A stretch of 62,217 bases of DNA, the filler included, from Pirum gemmata (Eukaryota): assembly GCA_002812295.1 (NCBI GenBank). It is 28 parts of 28 records of this genome, joined end to end, with 100 filler letters (N's around TTAATTAATTAA, not from the genome) between each part and the next. Parts side by side here need not be neighbours in the genome. Positions count along the whole stretch, not along the records: positions 10,657 to 12,688 come from PDIN01008999.1; positions 12,789 to 14,844 come from PDIN01009000.1; positions 14,945 to 16,984 come from PDIN01009001.1; positions 17,085 to 19,139 come from PDIN01009002.1; positions 19,240 to 22,831 come from PDIN01009003.1; positions 22,932 to 24,966 come from PDIN01009004.1; 22 more parts are not named here. The stretch is one strand, 5' to 3'. Shown piece by piece: positions 11,020-23,092 of this stretch (its first letter is position 1; the number at the start of each line of letters is the position of its first letter). Made by a program: the position numbers and the translations under genes. The notes under the pieces are model-generated. The model made no database searches. It saw nothing but the letters and a program-made list of their open reading frames with translations, and was not told where the DNA came from.

Positions 11020-12497
11020 ATTATTAAACTCACTCATCACTAAATTCATTTGAATCATTTAATAAAAATTTCAAAAACAACAAAAACATTATTATATTTA
11101 CGTTCATCACTAATAAACTCATCAATATTTTAAAAGTAAAAGTAAAACTAAAACGATCATTTTAATAATTAAATGTAATCACTAAATTCACTGGAATCAT
11201 CAAATTCTCAACAACAACAATCGTTCATTAAATATATTTCAAAATCAACAAAAACATTATTGTAATTACATTCATCACTAATACACATAAATATTTCAAA
11301 AGTAAAAGTAAAACTAAAACGACCAAAAATACTTTTTTCTTTTAATAATTAAACTCAACCACTAAATTCATCGGGGAGACGCGGGAAACCCCCATCGAGA
11401 TTAGTTGCGAAACTGTCGAAATTTTTCGATCTAATTTTAAATATTGACTTACTTTTGAATTCATTAACCAATTCTTAAAATTCTTGGAAATTTCATAGAA
11501 AAAACTTGAAACTCGTTCATTTCAAAATTGTCACTATTTAATAATTAGGATCGAACTGTTTGATTCGATGCTGTTTTCCCATATCTCCCTGTGAGATGCG
11601 GGAAAAAATCATAGAATCGAGACTAGGTCGAAACTGTGGAAATTTTTCGATCTAATTTTAAATACTGACTTACTTTTGATTTATTAAACAATTCTTAAAA
11701 ATTCTTGGAAATTTCATAGAAAAAACTTGAAACTCGAAAAAAAAAGAATATCATTTCAAAATTGTCACAATTTAATAATTAGGATCGAACTGTTTGATTC
11801 GATCATGTTTTATATCTCCTTGGGAGATACGGGAAAAAACCATCGAATCGAGACTAGTTCTAAACTGTCGAAATTTTTCAATCTAATTTTAAATATTGAC
11901 TCACTTTTGATTTCATTACATAATTCTTAAGAAATTTCACAGAAAAAACTTGAAACTCGAAAAAAAAGAATATCATTTCAAAATTGTCACCATTTAATAA
12001 TTAGAATCGAGTTTTTTGATTTGATTATGTTTTCCCTTATCTCCCAGAATCATTAAATTCTCAACAACAACAATCCTTCATTAAATATATTTCAAAAACA
12101 ATAAAAACATTATTATAATTACATTCGTCACTAATAAACCCATAAATATTTTAAAAGTACAAGTAAAACTAAAAACGATCAAAATTACTTTTCTCTTTTT
12201 AATATTTAACGCAATTACTAAATTCATCAGAATCATCAAATTCTCAACAACAACAATCCTTCATTAAATATATTTCAAGAACAACAAAATATTATTATAA
12301 TTACATTCATCACTAATAAACTCATAAATATTTTAAAAGTAAAAGTAAAAGTAAAAATGATCAAAATTACTTTTTTCTTTTTAATATTAAACGAAATTAC
12401 TAAATTCATCAGAATCATCAAATTCTCAACAACAACAATCTTTTTTCTTTTTAATAATTAAACTCATCACTAAATTCATCAGAATCATCAAATTCTT
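11020..12497. repeat. Tandem repeat of about 180 bp derived from a gene 3' end, interrupted by three tandem MITEs
   Basis: The unit CACTAAATTCATCAGAATCATCAAATTCTCAACAACAAC...AAAAGTAAAAGTAAAACTAAAACGATC occurs about five times on both sides of 11375..12044. Confidence 0.85.
11375..12044. mobile_element. Three head-to-tail Tourist/Harbinger-like MITEs (TIR GGAGAYRCGGGAAA, CWG-type junctions)
   Basis: Units are 11375..11588, 11592..11819 and 11823..12044, each GGAGA...TCTCC. They are flanked and separated by CGG/CTG/TTG/CAG. The empty site CATCAGAATC is visible in sister repeat units. Confidence 0.75.
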
Positions 12498-12623
12498 CTA
12501 ATAACAATTCTTCGACATCTTCATCAATATTAAACCCACTCGAGCTCATAGCCACTGAACTTGGGTAACGTAAAGCAGTATAAGCATGTTTAACAATAGT
12601 AAAGGGGGACCGGAACGTTATTG
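12451..12623 (-). CDS. Candidate terminal exon of an unknown gene with an acidic C-terminus
   Basis: A ttatttAG acceptor at 12624-12625 is followed by ITFRSPFTIVKHAYTALRYPSSVAMSSSGFNIDEDVEELLLEEFDDSDEFSDEFNY and TAA. Confidence 0.55.
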
Positions 12624-12836
12624 CTAAATAATAATTAATGATATTTAATTATAATCGAAGTTAGGCAAAAGATATATATATATATAGTNNNNNNNNNNNN
12701 NNNNNNNNNNNNNNNNNNNNNNNNNNNNNNNNTTAATTAATTAANNNNNNNNNNNNNNNNNNNNNNNNNNNNNNNNNNNNNNNNNNNNTAGTAGTAGTGG
12801 TAGTAGTAGTAGTAATAGTAATAATAATAATAATAA

Positions 12837-12868
<32 letters not shown>

Positions 12869-13404
12869 TGATAATATATATATTATATAATAATAGTAAT
12901 AGTAATAATAATAGTAACAGTGATAGAGTGAATTTATTAATAATTTCAAGTTTTGGTTGTAAACCTTGTAATAAGTGTACTACTTCTATCATCGATATCA
13001 TTTCACTGTTTTTGAAAAATGACCTAGTCCCAGAACTTCCCAGACAGTATATTTAGACAGTGTTAGGCCAGACCACTAGTAGCTAGTTATCCGTTATCTT
13101 ATAAATAATTAGGAAACTGTTATACTCTGTTATCATATTGTAGGAATAATCTGGATCCATCTGGATAATATCAGTTGCCCTTTCAATCTTTAATTTGGTA
13201 TTGTTTGATTAAGTGTATAATTGAACTTGTTTATAAAATACAACATTAATTAAGTATAAAATACCAAACTGTATAACATTATTGAAAAACAAGATAACCT
13301 CTAGTTTTAAAATTATGATAAGACTTTTTAATATGACTGTGAATGAAGAACATGTAGACTATCATAAATGTTCTGTATGATTATAGACTAAGTGCTAAAC
13401 GTTG

Positions 13405-13479
<75 letters not shown>

Positions 13480-14162
13480 TGTTGAACAGTTACTGTTCCA
13501 AACAGGACCAAACTCCAAACTTCCAGTTGGACTTTGTTTTTTTGAACAAAAAAAATCTAAGCAAAAAAAAATAGACTGTGATAGGTTCTGCCCGGGCAGA
13601 ATTTGGCCTTTTTCGAGAAATGACAAAATGGTGGTTTTCCTCTCTAACTCGATCAAAAATTAATTTTTTGAAAAAAAAAAAGGAGATTGATTCTACCACA
13701 CAAAAATATAAACTCAAAATTTTCAAACCTATGTATTTATAAATAAACTCGATTAACTTCGAACAGACCAAACAGACCAGAAATTCAGCTCGGCAGAAAT
13801 CGAGCTTTTCGGGGTAGAAGGCAGAAGCAGAAAGTCAAGTTTTAGGGCACGGAACCGCACCAACAAGATATCCAATAGAATGACCATACTACAGAGCAAA
13901 TTTTAGTAGCCAATAGTAAATTAAAATTAAAAAAAAATTGAAAATTAAAAATGAAAATGCCCATATTTAGAAGATAACAAAATTTTGGTGAAAAAAGTGG
14001 TTCAGTATCTCAGAGTTCAGTATTTTACTACCAAGCTATATTATTAGGATGAACAGAAAGTGAGAAAAAATAGTGAAAAAATGAAGGAAAAAACAACAAC
14101 GAAAAAAAAGGAAAAATATTTTAAAAAATCAAAAAGGAGCATTCAAATACTGCATAACACCA

Positions 14163-14282
14163 ATTCCCGGTCAAATACAGCTTCAAATACCCCTACCTAC
14201 CTACCCCTCGACGTTAATTTCCGGTCAAATACCACCTACCTACCTACCCCTTGACGTGACGTATTATTTGAAAGCTCTCTAA
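14163..14282 (-). mobile_element. GGTAGGTAGG dispersed element end (PIF/Harbinger-like), reverse copy
   Basis: Near-identical reverse complement of 48953..49071. It ends ACGTGACGTATTATTTGAAAGCTCTC followed by TAA. Confidence 0.72.
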
Positions 14283-14680
14283 TCATTTATATAATAGATA
14301 ATAAAGTAATTCAAAAAAAAAATTAAAAAAATATGATATTAAATTTTTATATTATTTACTAGTTTAGGTAGTATTTGCGTTCGAGTTCTAAAGAGAATTC
14401 CGGTTGATGGACTTGGGATAGGCACTTTTAAGCATCATGAAAAACACGGTAGACCCTCCACTATCTGGCCTTTCAGATGAATGCTTTAGACTTTTAGGCT
14501 TTCAGATTGCAATCTAAGCCATTAAAATGGAAATCTACAAAAAGGTATTTAAAAAGTGACGCCATTAATGAATATTCCCTTACAGTACAATAGCTTTCTG
14601 GGTTTGTTTATATTAATCTTAAAAAATAGTTACCAATAATTAGTTTATATATTATAATCCAAATTACCAATTAGTACTAG

Positions 14681-14712
<32 letters not shown>

Positions 14713-15005
14713 AATTATTAGCATTAATATTATTATTATTATTATTATTATTATATTATTACATTATTATTAATATCCCTTTTATAGTACAATAGCTTCC
14801 GAGTTTGTTTATATTTTAATATATTATTATTATTATTATTATTANNNNNNNNNNNNNNNNNNNNNNNNNNNNNNNNNNNNNNNNNNNNTTAATTAATTAA
14901 NNNNNNNNNNNNNNNNNNNNNNNNNNNNNNNNNNNNNNNNNNNNTATTATTATTATTAATCAAAAGATGAGGTTAGAAATAATTTATTCAAGCAATATAT
15001 TGATT

Positions 15006-15092
15006 AATTTGCCGAAAATGATTTATTTTTTGTCAACAAATATAAATATTAGGGATTATGGGTTCATCCTTATTTGAAATGAAACAGCTATT
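15006..15092 (+). mobile_element. Second, more decayed fragment of the LINE family at 1..1251
   Basis: AATTTGCCGAAAATGATTTATTTTTTGTCAACAAATATAAATATTAGGGATTATGGGTT aligns by eye with 1..60 (the YKYLG region). Confidence 0.75.
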
Positions 15093-15450
15093 TTGTTCTT
15101 TACTTACCAGATAGATTCACTTTCCGCAAAAGTTTAGAATTATAATTTATAATTTTTTGGAAAAAGTAAAATTTAAAGTAAGACATAGTTGATTGTTCGG
15201 GATGATGTTATAAATTAAGTTGCTAACTAACTTTTAAATAGTTGTGGAACTTGGGCAAATTAAAATTACAATTTATAATTTTTTGGAAAAAGTAAAATTT
15301 ACAGTAAGACATAGTTGATTGTTCGGGATGATATTATAAATTATAAATTAAGTTGATAACCAACTTATAAATAGTTGGGAAAATTGGCGTAACGTGGTAT
15401 GATGTTTTATAACACAAAAAAAGTCTAGTAACAGTTTTCTCTTCTACCTT

Positions 15451-15547
15451 CAAACTAGACACCTCAGAATCCAAACTAGATTCCTCAGAATCTAAACTAG
15501 ATACCTCCGAATCCAAACTAGACACCTCTGAATTCTCTGTATCCAAA
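15451..15547. repeat. 21-bp minisatellite of about four copies (reads SEVSSLD on the minus strand)
   Basis: CAAACTAGA(CA/TT)CCTCAGAATC units. Confidence 0.8.
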
Positions 15548-15784
15548 TTTAGAACCACAAAAAAATTACTTGTATGATAATATACTATTTTTTGTTTTTT
15601 TTTTTAATATATTATCAAAATATATTATAATATTTTTTTTTTTTTAATATATTATCAGAATATATTATCATATTATTTTTTTTTTAAAAAAAAAAAACAA
15701 AAATATATAATCATAATAATCATTTATAATCAAGAAAACTAAGTTTCATAGTCATCACTCATGAAAAAACTAAAACAAATATTA

Positions 15785-16984
15785 CTATTTCCTTTTTCTC
15801 TTACGTTTCGCTAGGCCAGTGTTGTTTACTTCAGCATTATTAGAATGGTTTCTTTTGTTATTCATAGATACATTTTTTAAAATATCGAAACACTCCTTGT
15901 AATTGAAATAATCAGCAAGCATTAAGGCTGTATTCCCATCAATATCTTTTATGGTAGGATCAGCACCAGCTGTAATTAAGTTTTGCACACATACAAGGTT
16001 CCCTTCTACTGCAGCTACACAAAGAGGAGTTCTACCTTCATCATCAACTTTGTCTAGATCTGCCTGAGCTTTAATTAATTCATTTAAGCATAACACATGT
16101 CCGTTTTCAGCTACTCTAAATAATGGTGTGTTACCGTACCGCGTCGTACCTTTATTTACATCTGCCCCTACGGATATTAATTTCTTTAAGCAATCAACTT
16201 TACCAAAGTGGGCTGATAATAAAAGAGGGGTACTACCATCTCTCGTACATTTATTAATATCTGCTTTAGCATTGATTAACTCATTTAGACATTCAACATT
16301 ACCATCTGAAGCTGCAATATGCAATGGTGCCCATGCTTTGAATGTAGCTACTTTATCTACATCCGCTTTGGCTTTGATCAATGCTCTTAAACAATTAACA
16401 TGTCCACTTTCAGCTGCTAAATGAAGAGGTCCACGATCACTTTTACCATAATCATTTACATCCGCATTGGCTAAAATAAGTTGTTTAACACAATCTACTT
16501 GTCCTTTAGAGCTCGCTAAAGATAACAAGGTTACTTTATCGTTTACAAGTATTTTGTTAACATCTGTTTCAGAATTACACAATATTTTTAGACAACGGGC
16601 ATGTCCTATCTCGACAGATTTTTGCAATGAAGTACATTCAGAACATGCTTCTGGTTTTATTGATTTGGCCCCTAAACTTTGTAAAGCATCAACTATATAT
16701 TGTTGTACTTTGNTCATAAGTAGAAAAATCAGCACCATATTTAATCAATGACCTGATAATAGCTACGTTTCCTAATTTTACGGCTTGATGGAGAGAACTT
16801 TCGATAGCCTTATCATCATCACCTTTGTTATTCGTAACATTAAAGTCGGGACTAGCTCCATTTTTCAACAATTTCCGAAGAAATGGTAAATTTTTATCTT
16901 TAACGCACAACTCTACAGCATTGACAATTTTACCATTGACTTGAATAAAGTTAAAGTCAAGGTTTGCAGTTGTGTAGTTGGTGG
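15785..16984 (-). CDS. Ankyrin-repeat protein (5'-partial, at least 7 repeats) with a basic C-terminal NLS-like tail
   Basis: Repeated PLH.AA..GHV.CL..LI.A.ADV units, ending KRKRKRK. The upstream ORF 16689..16910 also carries ANK motifs and is open to the gap. The frame change coincides with the single n at 16713. Confidence 0.92.
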
Positions 16985-17084
16985 NNNNNNNNNNNNNNNN
17001 NNNNNNNNNNNNNNNNNNNNNNNNNNNNTTAATTAATTAANNNNNNNNNNNNNNNNNNNNNNNNNNNNNNNNNNNNNNNNNNNN

Positions 17085-17240
17085 CCTTCATAATCCAAAA
17101 AAACCACTACATAATCCAAAAAAAAAACAAAACACTTCTACATAATCCAAGAAAACCCCTACATAATCCAAAAAAAAAACCACTACATAATCCAAAAAAA
17201 AACCCTACATAATCCAAAAAAACCACCTTCATAATTAAAA
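17085..17240. repeat. Tandem repeat with a CTACATAATCCAAAA core, about six copies
   Basis: Read directly. Confidence 0.8.
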
Positions 17241-17470
17241 ATAAAAACCGCAAAAAAAGTGAAAAAAATTAAGCCTCCCTCGACTTTTCGTATCATCTGA
17301 CAAAATTTATTATGGTGACGTCATAATATTAGCGTCTTGCTTTAGACTTCTTGTGTATAAACCAAATGCAGAAAGTTATAAACCAGATATAGACATTCAT
17401 CAAAGTCATTGAGAATTTCGATTTCAATAATGACACTTTGCAAGTTTCACAACAAAGATAACAAATAGTA

Positions 17471-17620
17471 TCATATCTTATATGACCATACTGTTCCAGA
17501 TACAGGTTTATCAGCATGTATGTTCTTTACAACTTGTTTATCATAATAAACTAATTTCCCATTTACTATTGTAGCTTTAATATCTCCATTAAGATTTAAA
17601 TTGGCCCACGCACTACCTCC
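17471..17620 (-). CDS. Allantoinase (cyclic amidohydrolase), last exon
   Basis: A CAG acceptor at 17621-17623 is followed by GGSAWANLNLNGDIKATIVNGKLVYYDK...SYKI and a stop. This matches the G.V..TI.RG.VVY C-terminal strand, and the phase agrees with the preceding exon. Confidence 0.8.
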   Translation of the reverse strand, partial: GGSAWANLNLNGDIKATIVNGKLVYYDKQVVKNIHADKPVSGTVWSYKI

Positions 17621-17662
17621 CTGTTTTAACATACAAATGTTATAATAGTAAACAATCATATT

Positions 17663-17757
17663 GTTAGGGTTAGGGTTAGAATTATGGTTAGGTTATGGTT
17701 ATGGTTAGGGGTTAGGGGTTAGGGGTTAGGTTGGTTAGTGTTAGTGCTAGGGTTAGG
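17663..17757. repeat. Telomere-like array inside the allantoinase intron 17621..17857
   Basis: GTTAGG(G) variants on +, i.e. CCTAAC on the sense strand. Confidence 0.88.
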
Positions 17758-17857
17758 ACCACAAGTAATGAAATATGAAATATATAGTTAATATTATGGG
17801 TATAAAAATAATATTGTAAACGGTAATAAGCAATGAATTTTTATATAATTAGTATAC

Positions 17858-17943
17858 CCATTTATGAAATCCTTCATCAGATAAAAAAGTAGCCTCAGGA
17901 TCCCATATCACCAAATCTGCTTGCTTTTGTGATTCGAGTGTTC
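17858..17943 (-). CDS. Allantoinase, penultimate exon
   Basis: tttAG acceptor and GT donor. It reads GTLESQKQADLVIWDPEATFLSDEGFHKW, the KG.I..G.DAD.V.WDP motif. Confidence 0.85.
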
Positions 17944-18239
17944 CTAAAATAAATTTCAATACGCAAATAATAAAAATAAAGTTATATTATCTTCGATTGT
18001 AAAGTGATTCTCGTGTTTTTCTTTTCAATAAAGTTGTCTTTAAAAAATGTAAATTGAGCATAGACCAAATTATTACCATTTGTAGTTTAATGGAAAAAAT
18101 TAAGTAATTTCAAAAGTTACAAATTTTTTTATAGAGTGTTCAGTTGATTTTTGACGTCATTCATTCGTCATATTTTCGAAGTTATTGTTTATTTGTTACA
18201 TTTTGGCGTCACAAAAAACCACCCTTTGGGATCCACATG

Positions 18240-18418
18240 GGTTGGTGAAACATGAACCGCAATATAGAAATTTTACATCAAAATAGAATAAATTTAACTT
18301 GATCTGAAAAGACTTTTAGCTATTCAAAAAAAAAAATACGGAGGTTTGGTATCATTTTTGGAAATTTAAAAATAAGATTTACATAATCTAGATCCTTTTA
18401 TTTCATGTTTCACCAACC
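18240..18418. mobile_element. MITE-like element in the allantoinase intron (17-bp TIR GGTTGGTGAAACATGAA)
   Basis: A perfect inverted repeat lies at 18240..18256 and 18402..18418. Only one copy is seen in the window. Confidence 0.65.
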
Positions 18419-18876
18419 TAACCTGAGCATAGTCCGCAACAAAATTATAAATGACGTCATACCCGAACACTTAATTTTTTCAACTCTTGGGTAATTTGAT
18501 ATTTGCCTTAATATTTTTTGTTTAATTGAAAAATACCAATTTCAAATTCCAAATTACCAAATAAAAATCGAATTGACAGGAAAAATGAAATTCAGGATAC
18601 ATTTTGCACATAAGTTGTATAAATTATAATTATAACTTATATCCTGTATTTGTTCAATTATTTGTAGTTATATAATTCAAGCCCAAATTAGAACCATTTA
18701 TTATTAGTATTGCAATTAAAAATAATTTGTAGTTACATAATTCAAGTCCAAATTAAAATCAGTTATTATTAGGATTAAAATTATTTAAAAAAAAGAAAAT
18801 AATAAAAATAATATAAAAATAAAACCAAAAAAAAAAAAAAAAAAATAAAAAAAAAAACAAAAAAAAAAAAAAAAAC

Positions 18877-19001
18877 CTTTAACATTCAAAAGTCCAGCTA
18901 ATTTTGCTGGTTCCTCACACCACCACTTTAATAAATGCTGTAAAGTCAAATTCCGATTTTTAATCTCAGTCCAAGTGGCCGTTACCCCAAATTGTAATCC
19001 A
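18877..19001 (-). CDS. Allantoinase, internal exon
   Basis: A CAG acceptor at 19002-19004 is followed by GLQFGVTATWTEIKNRNLTLQHLLKWWCEEPAKLAGLLNVKG, resembling the allantoinase SLQLGL...WTE...W....PAKLAGL..KG segment. GT donor at 18876. Confidence 0.82.
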
Positions 19002-19420
19002 CTGTTATTATATGATGGGTTTGAAAAATATTAGTTTGTGCATTTTCACTAATTCAAACTCTTTTACTGACTTCACTTTTTTAATGTTCATTTTTTTTTT
19101 TTTTTTTAAAGCTTTTCTAATCTTAAATATAAATATATTNNNNNNNNNNNNNNNNNNNNNNNNNNNNNNNNNNNNNNNNNNNNTTAATTAATTAANNNNN
19201 NNNNNNNNNNNNNNNNNNNNNNNNNNNNNNNNNNNNNNNCATTTTAATAATTAATTACTGCCTTAAACAGTTTAAGTCACGCTTTCGAGCAATGACTTTT
19301 TTCAAAGAATAAGTGATGTCCTTTATGAGTGTTCCTTAGCATTAATTAACGGTTTTTAGAAAGAAGTCTAAAAAAAAATGATTTCTACAATTTTATCCGG
19401 CTAATTTCTAAAGGCCAAAT

Positions 19421-19521
19421 GGGTAACTCAAACACTTGGAAGATTTTGATGTTGGGGTTAGGGTTAGGGTTAGGGTTAGGGTTAGGGTTAGGGTAACAAA
19501 CACTTGTAAGATTTTGATGTT
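19421..19521. repeat. (TTAGGG)n insertion flanked by a direct duplication of about 31-33 bp
   Basis: GGGTAAC(TC)AAACACTTG(G/T)AAGATTTTGATGTT lies on both sides of the array 19454..19494. Confidence 0.88.
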
Positions 19522-20171
19522 AATAATTAAAAAAGTTTTTTCAGGCAATTTCATAATAGTAATTACCAACGTCTTCTATAAAACTTGAAATTCTGTTCTT
19601 AGTTAATGTTTTAAAAACTGTTTTTTAATATTTATTAATTAATTTTCAATCAACAAATTAGAATTCCATATAATTGCCTATATTAATAAATAATACAATA
19701 TTATATATTATGTAACTTATTCATAATATAAATCTACATCTTATTTAAAATATAAAATCACATAATTATTTATACTATATTTTAATAAATAATATAAAAT
19801 AAATCTTGTTATTAATTGATATTAATTAACTGATTTTTTCTAATAATAATCATAAATAATATAAAATAAATCTTGTCATTAATTGATATTAACTGATTTT
19901 TCTAAAAATAATCATAAATAATATAAAATAAATCTTGTCATTAATTGATATTATTTGATTCTTTTATCAATAATCGATATATATTTATCAAATATATAAC
20001 AACAAAAACAACAACAACGTCTAGAGCTTCAGAAAATTTTAAAATATTATTCAAAACAAAAATATGAATGTGAATATTGTCAATTTTCGTCTGAGTACAA
20101 ATCTAATATCAAAAGACATTTTAAAGTTGTTCATTTGAAACAAAAAGATTACAGCATTTAAATATATAACA

Positions 20172-20371
20172 CGTGCTTTCCAGTTCTTTTGTCATCATAA
20201 AATATACAATAAAGATCTAGAGTACCAAATTAATACAATAGAAATCCATTTTATTTAAAATTTGGTATAATATTATTTTATAATCTAATTATTAATTTAA
20301 AAAAATATCAATTTAAATATTATAACCAACAAAAGGAATATTCAGAGTGACAAAATAAATGAAAAGCACAA
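20172..20371 (+). mobile_element. MITE family C, full copy
   Basis: CGTGCTTTCCAG...TGAAAAGCACAA followed by TA. Confidence 0.8.
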
Positions 20372-21221
20372 TACACATTAAGTTAAATTTATAGCGTTAA
20401 TTTAACACTACAAAATATTAACTATTAATCTGTTGTTGTGCTATTAGTAATATTGTTATATACTATTTATATTGTTGTTATTGTTGCTGTTGCTGTTGTT
20501 GTTTATTGTAGTTTTACGTATACTATGTATTAATAAATTTAAATTGTCCACTTTGATGAAATTTTTATTTTTGTTGTTGTTGCAAAATTGTTGTTGTTGC
20601 TGTTGTTGATTATATTTTTACTATAAAGTCTAGCTAAATCTGTTAATGTCATTATTATTATTATTAATTAATTAATATTGCTATTGGTGTTATTATTATA
20701 GTTGTTGTTGTTGTTGTTTTTGTTATAATTGTTAAAACCGTTGATGTTGTTATTGCTGTTATCGGTATCGTTATATTATTGTTGTCATGATTACTATTCC
20801 TTCTTTTGTTGCAGTTTGAATTTCTGTTGATATCATTATTTTTATTATTATTATTTAGACAATCAATATACATGCTATACACCGGTATATTATTTAGACA
20901 ATCAATATACATACTATATACCGGTATATTATTTAAAGAATTCGAAAGAGTTAAAAAAGGAATTATTTTTATGCATTTAAAAAGCTTCGACAAAGGTAAT
21001 TTAAATTAATTAAAATTTCATTAAATTTTTTTAACTCTTTATTATTATTTTCAAAAAAAAAAAAAACACACACTACTCTGAAATACAATTATTATTTTAG
21101 AATTTTAGAATTTGAAACACAACCCAGTTTTGATATACAATAACAATAACGAAGTCGTTTAATTAAACTCCCAACGCTTAACTCCCCCTAACTACCAAAC
21201 CCCTCCCTAACACCCAACCCN

Positions 21222-21463
21222 TATAGTAAACGACAAATTAGCTGTTACTGTGCAACTGCCAATGAATGGTAAAAATGATGTAAGGAACTGATTATTTGTT
21301 TATAGTAAACGACAAATTGGCTGTTACTGTTCAACTGCCAATGAATGGTAAAAATGATGTAAGGAACTGATTATTTGTTTATAGTAAACGACAAATTAGC
21401 TGTTACTGTGCAACTGCCAATGAATGGTAAAAATGATGTAAGGAACTGATTATTTGTTTATAG
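21222..21463. repeat. 79-bp tandem repeat, three near-perfect copies
   Basis: Units start at 21222, 21301 and 21380. The array begins at an n join, so the true copy number is uncertain. Confidence 0.9.
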
Positions 21464-21525
21464 CTAATTTTTTTATTTTGCAAAATGGATATTCATTGTA
21501 TTTGATTCTGAATACACAGTAGGTG

Positions 21526-21855
21526 TTAAAAATAGCAGCATAGTAATGGTTTCTTTAAACTTACAATAGCTGTTGGATAACATTGTGTATGTAAGTGTGT
21601 GTGATATTAGTACAATACAAGAGAATACAACACAATACAATACAATACAATACAATACAATACAATACAATACAATACAATACAATACAATACAATCAAT
21701 AAATATAATTTAATGTAATGTAATACAATGCAATACAATACAACAATATAATGCAATATAATATAATACAATATAAGAAGCGTAGAAAAAAAGTTAATTC
21801 AAATAATTTAACCTGTGTAGCTGCTGGCATTACTATTATTACTATTATTATTATT

Positions 21856-21927
<72 letters not shown>
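21526..21927 (-). CDS. Candidate last two exons (21813..21927 and 21526..21569) of a poly-Asn protein ending KKPLLCCYF
   Basis: An (AAC)n frame NSNASSYT ends at a G|GT donor. The intron has (TATTG)n, TACTAAT and a CAG acceptor. A phase-consistent splice gives AIVSLKKPLLCCYF and a stop. Confidence 0.33.
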
Positions 21928-23092
21928 NTAAACGAACTCTATCCTTCTATAATCCATAATCAACAGATAATCAATATAATCTACCAAATGAGTTTTAATT
22001 TAAGTACACCACTGCATACTAAGCATAATAAATATATTAAATATAATCATTGAAAAATAACAAATAAATGCATACATATTTTTTTTCGAGAGCATGAAAG
22101 CATCCTTCTTCCACCCTGTTTGTTAGTTAAACAAAAGAGAATTTTTTATTTTTTATTTTTAATAACAGACAAGAAACTAAATCATGCAATACTATACATC
22201 ATTGAAAACTGAAAATGAAAAAAAAATATTGTAAATAGTAGAATGTTTTAATATATTATTAGTGTATTATATATCATTAAATTTATATAATACAATCAAT
22301 AATTTAAAAGTTTCTGAGTCAGCTTCTTCACAGTTTTGCTTATATTATTTTATAAAGTTATACAAACAACCAAAATGCAACACAGCACAATACTAACAAA
22401 ACATAAAAAAACAAAAATCACAAAGATGAAAAAGCGAAAATACACCATTGCATAAATTTATCTGCATTTTTGTCCTGACCCTTTTTAAACATTGGTATTT
22501 CTGAACCTAATGTTGAAATAAAATTGAGCTTTCAGATTAATTTGTACTTTATTCTGAGTTGTTTTGACTACATTTTATGATACAGCATTTATAAAAGGTA
22601 CCAGAAACCAAAACAATTTTGAATATTCTTTTGTAGTTTCAAAATTAGTATTCCTCTTATCTATTACTGTTACTTTTTACTGTTACGGCTACGATTACTT
22701 TTACTATTCCAATTATTGCTACTTAAAGTATTGCATTGGTAGTAGTATTATGTGTTACTATTGCAATTATAAACCTATTACTATTACTATTACTATTACT
22801 ATTACTATTACTATTACTATTACTATTACTANNNNNNNNNNNNNNNNNNNNNNNNNNNNNNNNNNNNNNNNNNNNTTAATTAATTAANNNNNNNNNNNNN
22901 NNNNNNNNNNNNNNNNNNNNNNNNNNNNNNNATATATTATATATTATTATATATATAGCAAAAAAGCGGTTATTTTCGCGCGAAAATAACCGAATTTTTG
23001 CTATATATATATAGTATATATATTATAATATAATACTTTAATAAAAAAGTAAATAAACAAAGCATTAGTAATTATAAAAATATGATTATTAC

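Noticed and set aside
16689..16738. Programmed or real frameshift in the ankyrin gene
   Set aside because: The frame change falls on the single-n scaffold join at 16713.
21222..21463. 79-bp repeats as a CRISPR array
   Set aside because: The units are contiguous with no unique spacers, and the context is eukaryotic.
22310..22510. Possible membrane-protein exon on the minus strand
   Set aside because: No single clean frame or recognisable motif, so it cannot be supported.
23001..23092. C-terminal hydrophobic tails of the Agd3 ORF and of the CNBD ORF (58224..58270) as TM anchors
   Set aside because: They are read-through into introns after clear GT donors.
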